Of a stretch of 64,000 nucleotides of DNA, positions 50,701-62,700 are shown piece after piece. The translations under genes and the position numbers were made by a program. Every line of letters starts with the position of its first letter. The stretch's first letter is position 1. The DNA comes from an uncultured Planctomycetia bacterium (GTDB lineage Bacteria > Omnitrophota > Gorgyraeia > Duberdicusellales > 4484-171). Below the pieces are notes generated by a model. That model saw only the letters and a list, made by a program, of their open reading frames with translations, did no database searches and was not told the DNA's origin. The stretch covers positions 762-64,761 of the forward strand of contig CAZPYY010000001.1 of assembly GCA_964590995.1 (NCBI GenBank), in the 5' to 3' direction.

Positions 50701-53700
50701 ATAATTATACCTATCTCCTCATTTATATCTTCCACTTTATGAAATTCCTGCCTCAACTCATCAGGCAGCAACGCGATATCTTTTTCTTTCAAATCCAATA
50801 AGGCAATAAAGTCTTTATACCTGCTTAGAGAACCGCCTTGATTACTTACCGAAGAAGAAATGGAAGAACTGCTTTCATTATTCTCATTCAATCGCCGTGC
50901 ATTTCCTTTAAGCCTATCAAGATGGTCTTTTGCACCGCCAAGCTCAAGGCCGTAATATTTCCTTAATACTTCCAGCGTTTGCCCCGCATCACGAATAACC
51001 CTTGCCCTATCATCACACTTGTTTAAGGTCATTTCTATGTATGACATGAAATCTCTCTCTATCCTATCTTCCAGCCATGTTTTAAACCTCTGCAATGCCC
51101 CCCGCTGGTATGACCTCTGATCCTTTCTTCCTTCAAAAAACCGGTTGATAGTCACTTCGCTAAAACCAAAAATGGAAGCAAGGACTAAATAACTCACCTC
51201 ATCAAACAATCTCATCTTTACGAACTCAACCATATCACTCTCGGTTAAATTATCGAAGCGAAGCGAGCTGGCGCGCCGCAGAATTACTTCCATTACTTCA
51301 TTTTTTGTGTCTTCTAACTCTCCGCATAAATATCTAAACCCTGAAGTTAAGTAAAACTGAACAACTAAGCTTATCAGCTTATCGTATACCCCGGACTCCT
51401 TAGCGTTACCGGCAAACTCAAGTGCAGCCACGCGCAGCTGCTTGGTAAGATTACTGCGCGACATCCCCAACATATTGGCTATTTCTTGACGGGTATGGTC
51501 AGGATACTTATGTATTGCCTCAATAATTCTCTTTCTTTTCCAGGCATGCTTTGATGTCATATCCCAATTTTTAAGCACTGTTTTTACTAACCTGCGGACA
51601 GGCTGATGATTTGAATCCAGAGCGAATCTCATCATATCTTCAGAGATTTTCCGAGTAAGTTTTGCCCGCAAAGCCTGCTTAAGCGTATCGGGTGCAGCCC
51701 TATAAAGCCGCCTATAGGCCCCTCTGGTTATCTTTGGTTGAGTCCATCTTCCTAAAAGAACCCTTGTTATATAAGAAGGATGGACTTGATGCTGTTTTGC
51801 CAGAACCTCATCAAGCGCTTGCACTGAGATTGCTTTGTTGCGTTGCGCATAGAGAAGAACTTCTGTCTCCCGGTCGTCCAAAACCATATCACGGCGCGCC
51901 TGGCGTATTAAGGCGTCAAGTTCTCGCTCAAGCGCGTTCATTAAGTGCAGGAACCATTTTCTTTGAGGAGACAACCGTGGTGTGTAAGTATTCTTTTCTA
52001 TCGGGGATGAAGCTCCTACAACAGGAAACCCCGCCTGAATAGCAAGAGCTATGTTATTGCTACGGCTTTTCGCTTTAACTGAGTTAATCGAAGAACTGGA
52101 ATGCCTGTCTAAATCTTCTTCTCTCATGCCCATAAGCTGGCAAGCTAGACATATCTGGGCTGATTTTTTTATGTGCTCTCTGGCCTTTGTAAATGCATCT
52201 CCTGCGGCAACAAAGCTTAATCGCTTAACAACAAGCTCAAATGGATAATCATATTCCCACATTGAATAAAACCGTATCATATCTTTTAACGAGGGGAAAT
52301 AATTCCTTTCTTCTAAATCCAGAAATTTAGCTACCAAATTGTCCTCTATCATTACAAACCGTATATCCGAAAGCATAATATCACTCACCACTAGACCTTT
52401 ATATTTACCCAGACTGAAACTCTCCAGCCAAGCCCTGATTAAACTCGTGGCTTCCAAAGACTGTAATCTTATTTCAATATCGGCCTCTTTGACTCCTCTA
52501 TCCCTCAAAATACTCTCCATATCTTCCCTGGTAAATTCCTCGATAACTTCCTCTATATAAACCGCTTTTGCCCTTTCAAAAGAAATATATTCAAAAGGCT
52601 GGGGAACAGGCGAGTACTCCTGAAACCTGTCATAAAAGTGGCTGGCAATCTCAAACCTTTCTTCTACGCCATAACGAATGCCTGTTTCACCGGAAAGTAT
52701 CTTCACAATTACCTCGCCATACTCAGGGTGCCGGGCAAGATATACAGAGGCGTTCTTACCCTGATGACCCGTCATGTGGGATATATCGATACCTTTTTCT
52801 TCTTTCAATTTACCCAATATAATCTTCTCTATTTCCGAAACGTAACCAATGCTGCTGCTTGAGCTGAGACCATGCGAGAAAGTAGCGGTTACCGGCGAAA
52901 GCGCTTTCAGATTAGTCAAAAAATAATAAAGTTTTGGTTCTCCTGCTGAATTAATAACTGAGCTATTTAGCTGCCGTGCTTGAGCCCTATGATGCGTACC
53001 GGTCGCAATTGGGCTGCTGGAGTCAACATTTTTCTTTGCAGCAGCACGCTCTAAAATAATTCTTTTCGCCTCTTCAATAGAATCAGTTACCTGATAAAGC
53101 GATACATCATCAGCATTAACCGCTTTTAAAGGAATCATTACCGCGCGAATCCAATCATCCAACTCACCCCAGAACTCACGCCCTATAAGAATAATTGGCA
53201 CTGGCTTAATCTTGCCAGTTTGGATAAGACAGAGCGTCTCAAAAAGCATATCAAGGGTATCAATACCTCCGGGAAAGAATATTAAACCTAAACTGCTGTG
53301 TCGTTGCATAGCAGTTTTTAACGCAATATGACTCTGAAAACAAAAGCCTCTATCGCCGGGTAGCTGTCTCCTGATATGTTTTCCTTCATACATCGTAATA
53401 AACCACCCCATTTCTAAATTAGCTTTTTGCTCCAAATGCTGATATGCCTTGCCTATTGCTTTCGCTATACTTTCTTCACCGCGACGCATGATTAAAATAC
53501 GTTCATTATTAAGCGAAATAGATAGCTCATGCGCCATCAGCGAGAATTTACTGGTAGTATCAACCAATCTGCCACCAAGAATAGAAACAGCAGGACCTAA
53601 GCGGCTCAATATGCGCGTGGCTCTGAACAACTCGCTGATAAAAACTCTGATATCAATGCCTCGCGGCTCAATCTGTCTGACTCTCAAATATGCGTCAAGA

Positions 53701-56700
53701 TGTTGATAAGCTTCCTTCTCTGTATGTTTAAGATGAACCAGTAATGCTTTTGGCGAAGGCATTAATCCTAACGCATGTGCTCTGTAGAGAAATTGCATAA
53801 ATCGATCATAGAAATCTTCATTAATTAAAACCAGTGGCTTTTGATTTCCAGAATTTCTTAGATTAAACGAAAGAAGCTCACCAATCTCATCCAGGGTACC
53901 AAACCCACCAGGAAAGGCTGACCCACCCAGACTCTTAAAAATAAACATTGCTTTACGTGTGAAAAAATAGTTAAAAATATTCGTTATGTCTTGATATTTA
54001 TTCGATAGTTGTTCATGAGGAAGATTGATACATAAACCAACTGAATTAATAAACTCACGCAAATTCTTATCAACGCTAAGCGCACCTTCGTTTGCTGCGC
54101 GCATAATCCCCGGACCGCCACCAGTAACTACCGAATATCCACCCCGCACTGCTCTCTTACCAAAACGAACAGCTTCTTTATAAAAATGATGGTGGGACTT
54201 GAATCGTGCCGAGCCAAAAGCAAAGAGAGCTGGCCCTAATTCTATGAGCGCACTCTTAGACGCTAGCCATTCATTGATAGTTTGTTCAAAGAATCTCTCT
54301 GAAAGTATGTTGTCGCCTCTTTTATTCCTACTGGATACCGGGCTGCTGGCCTTGTTCTGATTCAACAAGAACATTGAACTGGAAGATTTCTTTTTCCTTC
54401 TTGAACTCTTTTTCTTCTTTTGTGATTTCGCGGAAACAAGATCATGCGTTAATACACGGGAAATATCAATTTCGTTTTTATCGACTCCTTTGGCTTTAAC
54501 TGACCCGCGTATGACACCGTAATGAATAATCTTAATCACTTTTGCGAATGCTCTCTCAAAAGAATAAGAAAAATCCTCTGGCTCTACGGTAAACGCCGCT
54601 GCCAGCATCTTTGCCAGGAACAAGTTACTGTCTTTTATCTCGACAGTAGTCATTACCCTTAATATCTGCTTTAATCTCATTAAAGCAAATTCATTAGTAG
54701 AAAATACTCTTACAACTTCATCTTTTATCCTATCAACATACAATCTTCCTATTTGGCTATCATCTAAACTATCAAGATATTCGTCAAAACCAAGAAGGTA
54801 ATGCCCTAAATGATAAGGAGGTTGATCAGGATACCTTTTACGTACATCTTCCTTTAGAAATTTAATTATTTCTTCTCGTGGTAAGCCTTGAGCTAGCAAT
54901 TCAATAAGCTGGTTAAACGAAGACAAGAAAGCTCCACCGTCGTTTTCATCTTGTAACTTGCCCGCAAACGGGCTGCTGGAATGGTTAAAATAATTATTGC
55001 AACACCTGAGAGCATCATTAAAAATTTCCGCGATGATGTGGTGGGAAAAGTGTTCTCTGCCTATTCTTATATTATGCTCTATTATTCTCTTTCTAAAATC
55101 GGCATCATCAATTATCCTCACCATAAGCATGATAGCTTTCTTTGAAACTGTATCAGTATGAGAGAAAAATGATTTTCTATCAATCAGCGGCAGTTTAATT
55201 ACCTCATCTTCATCAATTTCCATGGTTTCTATAGCCCATAACCCTTTCGCACGTATATCAATTACCCACACCGGGTGAGGATAAACAACAAATGGCCTCT
55301 GATAATAAGCAGCCTCTATCTTAGCATTGCAAAAACCCTCTTGATACGATGGTATTATTATAAGGTCAGCTGCTTCATGTACCTCCCGCAGGCTAAAAGG
55401 TCCAAAGGTTCCCTCAACAGACATTACAAGATTGACCCTCTTCTCTTTGGCAAAACGCTCTAACAGTAACATATAACCTATACCTTCGTCTGTCGCCGGA
55501 TGGGTAATAATGAGGTGCATTCGCCGGTGCGGATATTGCTGCTGCAATTGAGCGGCAATCTCAATGGCCAGTTCTAAATTCTTGCGCCTAATAATTCTAA
55601 GCGGCGCGATCAACAATATGTCATCGGGATGAATATTATGAAATGCCCTGAATGCCTCTCCTGACCTTCTGTTCATGTGCGGTAAATTCTCGAAATCCCT
55701 TGCGTTAGGAGCTATGGCTACCCGCGTATCATATTTATTAAACATCGTTAACTCCTGATACGAATTAATAACTACCGTATAGAGGTCTTCGATCCCGCCA
55801 TAACTTCTACCACCCGCGATCTTATTCAGCCGCCCTGTGACCTTCTCGTTATCGGTCTCGTATTGCTCACGTTCCCACCAGTAATCATGATTGTGGGTAA
55901 TGGTAAAAATAGTCTTATCTTTCATTTCATGTTTTAATTCATTCATAATCTCAACCACCGCGAGCGACAATGCAATATTTACCGGAAGCGACAACACATT
56001 CTCCGGAATGACAAAATCTATGTCATTAGATATAATGAATTTCTTCAATCTTGACTTTATACAATCTTTTAAAAGATGGAATTTATCGATTACCTCATCA
56101 AGTTCCTGATTGAGCTTTCTCTGTTCAGTTTCTTCCTCAATGCTAAGGCCTTCTCTTTTCTGTTTCTCCTCAAGCTTATCTAACTGCTTAGCCAGACTGA
56201 ACAATTGTCCTGTTAATTCTTCAATCTCTTTATTCTTAAAATGGCAGAGAGAATCAACACTCATCCCATCAGCAATATCACTAACGCCGTCAACCTCACC
56301 GGCATAGAAATATACCTCTGCCCCACCCTTCTTGCACACCTTTGCCCACTCTATTAATTCATAGGTAACGCCGTCGCGCGCTTTCTTGCTTATGCGAAAC
56401 GATAAAAACAAAAATCTTTTACCGGCAGCCAGGCTCCTAAGTTGTTTAAATATTTCGCCTTTTTTACCTAATAACTCAAGAGTTGAAATAGCCTTATCAG
56501 CGTTAGTTTGCGGCTCTTCTATAGCCGAACTGCTGGATTCTTCACCATTGTGCTCTCTTATTAATGTTGTTGCAATCGGGCTGCTGGAATCTTTGTCCGG
56601 GCTAGGTAATGTCTTTAATCTCTGCTCTATATCCTCTAATTGTTCATCTAGCCAAAGATGAAAATTATACGAATTAGTGAATTCATCAATAAAATCAAAT

Positions 56701-59700
56701 GCCTTGATAATCAACTCTTTTATTAACTCCAATCTATTCTCATCGGCATCGTTTAAAGTAATATTAAAGAAAGGCTTACTTATGGGCATTTTTGTTTCTT
56801 TTGCTATTAATGCTGAATGCAAATCTTGTAACTTCTTGCCGTCTTCCAAGATCTTATGTTTCTCGCCCGTTAATCTAAATCTACCTTTTGGAAAATCCCG
56901 GAAGGCAAGGATGATCGGCCAAGTTTTTAAGTCTAATTTAAATAAGTCTTTTAACCAAACAACAAGATCAACAATACAAGCAGTTGACCTAATATGGATT
57001 CCCCGATGATCCTGTAGTTGGACTACAAAAGTGATGGAAGTCTTCTTAATTGACGAGCTACAGAGAGTAAAAAGGGACCTGGCCCCTTTTATGTTATTTC
57101 TTAATGACTCTTTAAATAATCCTCTAGTCCACTGTAAGGTATCTTGATCGTTAATTTGTACTGGACTTGCGCAATGTTTCTCATCAATAGTAGTTATATC
57201 CACAGGCAAGCTGACGCGAAGGGATGCTGGATCTATGCGTATGCCTCTGGGCCCTTTTCCTTTATGGACCGCGGCTGCAAAGTATGCGCCTCGGACCTTA
57301 ATCAAATACACAGTGCCAGAGTCACCGCCGACAGGTTTGGCCCCTAACGCCACTATTATATCTTTTTTTATAAAAACCGTATATCCGCTAGATACCGTAT
57401 CGTTATAGCCGCTCACCAGAGTAATAAACAGTCCTTCGTCTAACTCGGATGCTATGGGAACCGGCAGAAGAGCTCCTCCGCGTACTGCTTTTTTCTCAAT
57501 TACAAGCATGGCCAGGTCAACATTTGGATCTCGCCAGATTACCCCTGCCTTACCTATCAATTCATCAGTGTTAGTTCTAAGTATAACCTTATCTCTTTCT
57601 TTAACCACATGGGCACAAGTTAAAAGGATGTAGGCATCTTTTGTCTGTTTCCATACAAAGGCGCTCCCTAAACGGGCAATCTTAACAATCCTTCGAGAAA
57701 ATGCTCCTTTTTCTCTATCCTGGGCAACCTTTTTTTCTAGATTTTGCCTTGCTAATTCTGTCTCAGGAGCTGCTAAAGCTAAAGCTATTTCTTTCACATC
57801 GTCTCGGGGGGTGATTGTTCTTAAGATAAAGTCGATATAATACCTTTTTTCTCTTCTTTGTTCAACGGTTGCCGTAAGGGATTTCAGAGCTAAAGCTATT
57901 TCTTTCACATCATCGCGGGGGGCAATTGTTCTTAAGATAAAGTGCATAGAATAACCTTTGATTGCCCGGATAAGTAAGTCCAATTCCTCAGCTGCATCAG
58001 CTATTCTTTCAGCTGTTGCTTTGAGATCAAGGTTATCTTCAGCAACAATTGCTTTAAGCATAAAACCGACGCAGTAAGCTGGTATTCCTCTTTGGGCCAA
58101 GGTGTTAGTGCAAAAGTTAAGAGCTAAAGCTACTTCTTGAGTGTCATTTCGAGCAGCGATTGCCTTCTGAATAAAGTTAATAGTATGCTTGTCTATTCCT
58201 GTTTGCCATAAGGTAAGTTCAAATTGTCTATTCTCTGCTAAAACAGGTGAAGAGGCAAGCCATCCATTTTGAATATTTTTGTGCAAACTTATCTCTTTGA
58301 ACCTCTGGCCTAACTCAGGCAGGGTGATATCCAGCTCGCCCCGGATAAGTTTGAATGCCTGTTCATATTGTCTGGCGACTCGAATAATACTTATTTTGTC
58401 ATGGCTTATTTCATAGGCAGCCTGCATCATTTCCAGCCACTTAGTGTTATTGTTTTCTTTATGGGCATAATACAGCTTAGCTGCTTCTTGCAGATACTTT
58501 CCGAGAAGTTCCTGGGATTTGCTGAAATAAAAATCGACAATCTTCCTTTTTTCTTCGTATTCGTCTCCTAATTCAAAATGGTGCACGATTTGTTCAAAAG
58601 TATAATCTGTACCGGCAAAAACATCCATCAACCAGCCATTCACCCCATGTTCAATGTATTCAGCCGCACAGCCAGTTTTTGTGGCGATATTTAAGTGGCC
58701 ATTAACGGCTGCTCTTCCATCAGACGTTCCGCCAGCCTCACGGGTTGAGCGCGGCATGCTATTCCATACATCGCAGGCCTGGGTAGCGACTTTCATAATC
58801 TCAGTTCCCGAACCATCGACAAAGATAAATTTGCCTTTCATATCCTCTCTATCAGCCATTATCTTAAACCAGTCTACCCAATCCTTGCCGGCTGCATCGC
58901 GACCCACTCCGCCCATGAAGAAATTCCCCGCCAGGCCATAAGAATCACCCCATGGAGTCGGATACAATTTATCTCTCTCGCCTACAACCCAGGGAAGAAG
59001 GTCAAACAATATGCGCTGCTCTTTATACTCAACAAACCTGCGCACCAGACCAAACAAAGGCCTATCTTGATATTCGAATCCATAACCCTTTGTTGCCTCT
59101 ATGGTCTTGTTAAGCTGCGTTTTCATAGAACAACCTATCTCGTAAAGCACCTTCCCTGTAATTTGCTCTCCAGCTAACTCAAGTTCAAGAAGCTTTTGGC
59201 CCTTCCACTGCTCCGGACAAGAGCCGTTGGTGATCGCTATAACCTTATCAGTATTATCAGGCACAATGATCAGCTTGGTAGTCTCAGCATGCTCTTGTGA
59301 TACAGCATTGATAACTTTGACTCTTGAGTTTTCTGCCAGCCGCCTGGTCAAATTCACTCTACCGTCTCTTACTATATCTTCCGGAACCAAGTCAGGGCCG
59401 ATATTTTCTCTCAACCACCAGGCATCAGAATAAATCCCTAGCGCGGCAGTTTCCGGAGTATGAGTTGTGAAAAGGACTTGCGTATTCGCAAAGATGCTTT
59501 GCTCGCCCTTTTCTCTAAACTGGTCATTATCGAAATATCTAATATCATTCATCATTGCCTGAAGCAGAAAGAAAGTCTGAGCTTCGTTGCAACGTAAGAT
59601 GTCCGGAGCAATCCCAATTTGCTTAAAAAACTCAACATACGCCCGTCCTAAGAAAGCCATTTGTCGCACCTTTCCCGGCTCTCTAGGATAAAGCCCATAG

Positions 59701-62700
59701 AAGATTTCCGGCTGGCGCACCTGTAACACCGGAATATTTTGCACTAATGCTATATACATCCGGGCATTGTAATCAAAACCCCTAAAATTAACATTAAATC
59801 GGAACGCCTCTTTCCCTGTTTCCTTAGAACCTAACGGCCTTAGGCCTTCAATATTATTCCAATCAATCCCTATATAGCGCTTGCCATCATCATGCTTATC
59901 CACATAGTGCTCATACAACGGCATAAACCCGACAGCTCGCAGGCCAATAAGGCCAAATCCTATAAAGGTTTCACCTGAGAGAAAACCCAAGCCACCAGAA
60001 GCCTGCGCCTGTTGGGCAGTTTGGTCTTTGACCACATCTAAAAATGCCTCCATCGTCGCATCAAGGACAAACGGCCCCTGCCTTAAATATTGCTTCAAGC
60101 CTTCAATATCAGTTATCGGGCTGCTGGATTGCTTACCCAAAATATGCTGATCATTTTCCCAATCTTTAAGTATTCCCTTTAATGGTTGTGGATAATGTGT
60201 ACAATCTATATCAAGCCCGAGCATCTGGCCATAGATAAGGGTAAATTTAAAGGCCGCGGTACGCACATCGACAACTGGCAGCATGCGGGTAGCATTATAC
60301 ATAATATCCAGCACTCCCTCGGGACATTGCTGCATATATTTCATAACCAGCTCAGCCCAGGGCCTGTTAGGAAACCTATCATGGTCTTCTAAGTCTTTTG
60401 TAGTCACGCTCTTATCCAAATGATAGTGGTAGGCATAAATACGTGCCGAGGCATCTTCAAGACATGCCTGAAGATATCTGGGCGAAAAAGACTCAAATAG
60501 ATAGCCATTTCCTGTCAGAGGGTCGTAAAACTTTTTCCCGGTTTTCTCCTCCCATACCGGTATCCATACGTTTAGAATCTGCTGAGGGGGAGCGCCGGTA
60601 TAGCTGGAAACAAGAATTGCCGCGGTTATCATAAATTTTTTATCGGCCATACCTGCGGCTTCGCGCGGCGGTATAGACCATTGGGCTGCTACGCTGGTTG
60701 CGCGAATAGCCGGAATCGAAACAGGAACATTCCAGGGGCCAAATAAGAATTTCCCTTTAAGTTTTCGCGAGTATGCTGTCATCTGATAACTCCATGTCAG
60801 ACCTAACGTATCATCCTGGTGGGCCTTGCCCGCCATATATACGTTAAATCCAAGACCACCACCAAAGCTACTTTCGCTCTTCTGAGGATTTTCGCAAACA
60901 TAGTCTAATCCACTTAAGGTGGTATGTTTGAAACTCCTGCCGGGCATCAGGGTAATAAATTTAATCCACTTATAATCACAGATGCGCCGGGCCTGAATAA
61001 GTAAAGGCCTGATTTTCTCAAAAACAACGCCCCACCAGTCTTTAAGCAGTCTGATAAAGCGCTCGGCCGCCCTTTGTTTCGCCTCCCATAATTCATATTT
61101 GTCTAGTCTCTTCTGTCCCATAGACTCTAATTGTTCGGGAAGCATCCAGAAAAACGGCCAAATAGAGTCTTCGATATAGAAATACTTTTCTTTAAATCGG
61201 CCGAAACGTACCTCGTCAGCCGCCATCACCTCTTCGTGTTCAACCCCCACTGTGCCAATACATCGTGCTTGCTCACTTATGAAGTACCAGGGATCATATC
61301 TTCCGCTCTGCTGGGTTATTTCCCCGAGTATCTGCCCATCCCACCCCGTTGTATTCATTACCATAGCCGTATCACTAAATACCGGAAAGGCGGCAAGTTG
61401 CACTGTATGACAAAACGCCATAATACTTTCTTTTGTCCTCTGCAGAACACTGATATCTTTAAACTCATGATGATAGAAGATGTCAGGAACACCGGTTGCG
61501 GCAAAGGCCTCGTGCACCTGTAAAATATCAAGCTCAATTCCTAGCGCCTCAAAGGTCTTGAATGTTGCTCGGCTATAATAAATTGCCTGGGCCAACCGGG
61601 ATTCGCTGTCAGGATATTGCGGATACAATTCTCCAGCAACGTCATCAGTTAGATGAATCAAGAGTACAACCGCATCGCCGGGTGAGCCTTTCACCTTTAA
61701 GCGCCATGCCTCAACTTTGGTTTTTATCCTTTTGTTGTATAGAGGAAATTCTACTTCTATTGCCTGATCAAGGCTATAGCTCTCGATATCATCAGAATGA
61801 AGCAGGTCATCCCAATCTAAAACAACATTGTTAAGCTCAGGGGTCTTAACTGGATTTGTCCACGAAATGACCTCTTTCATGCCGCCTAGATCACCTTTAT
61901 CGCAAGAACGATTAATAACTTCGGCCAAAACCGCAAAATCTTCTTGGTTATCCCCTGTTTCTTCTTCAACGATAAGCACCTTTCGCCCCGATTCAAGCGG
62001 AAGCAGGGACTGCATATCCCCGCTATTCAAAATAACCACCTGGGTTACGTAATTAAGGGCCTGGGAAATATCGTCATCAGGATGTAAGCCTTCGGAAATT
62101 ACCAGTTTCTTTCCTGACATTGAATCAGGAACTAAATAGCCGTCAATCAATCCTCGAATATTATGCGCCAATTCATCAGAGCTAATATGCTCTTCAACTT
62201 CATAAAGACGAAATACCGCATGCTTCATTGACTGCTGTACGCCTCGGAGGTATTTAGGTACAGAAAAGAAGTATGTCCCTCCGTTGGCAGGTAATCCCCG
62301 CATAAATCCTCCGTTTAAAATACCTAAACCTCCGCCCATTGCCCCTTCAAGGCCATACTGAGACATAGTTGCCTCTGCGCACATCACCCCAATCTTTTTA
62401 TTTTGTAATTCCTGGGCAACAGGATAAACAAAAGGCTGGTCAGAGATATTCCGCGGTTTAATCTTTTTCTTCACTTTATATATTCTTCTCTGAAGCGTCA
62501 GCTGTTTATCTCCCTTTCTGATTATTAGTTCAACCTCTATATTCTCCCGGCCAAAACGCGGGTCCAAATGATAAGAATAAATACGCATATTAGCATCTCT
62601 TACCTCCACTTCTGCTCTATCATTTAAGTCTACCTCAAAGCTTAATTGGCCATCAGTCTTAAACTGCAAGTAAAAATTCAGTCCTTCTCTAGCTTTTATC

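Noticed and set aside
51385-51940. Sigma-4-like HTH pair in GC-rich patch considered as a captured IS/transposase
   Set aside because: No DDE/DEDD catalytic region, terminal inverted repeats or frame disruption. The frame is continuous with flanking modules and bounded by Ser-rich junctions.
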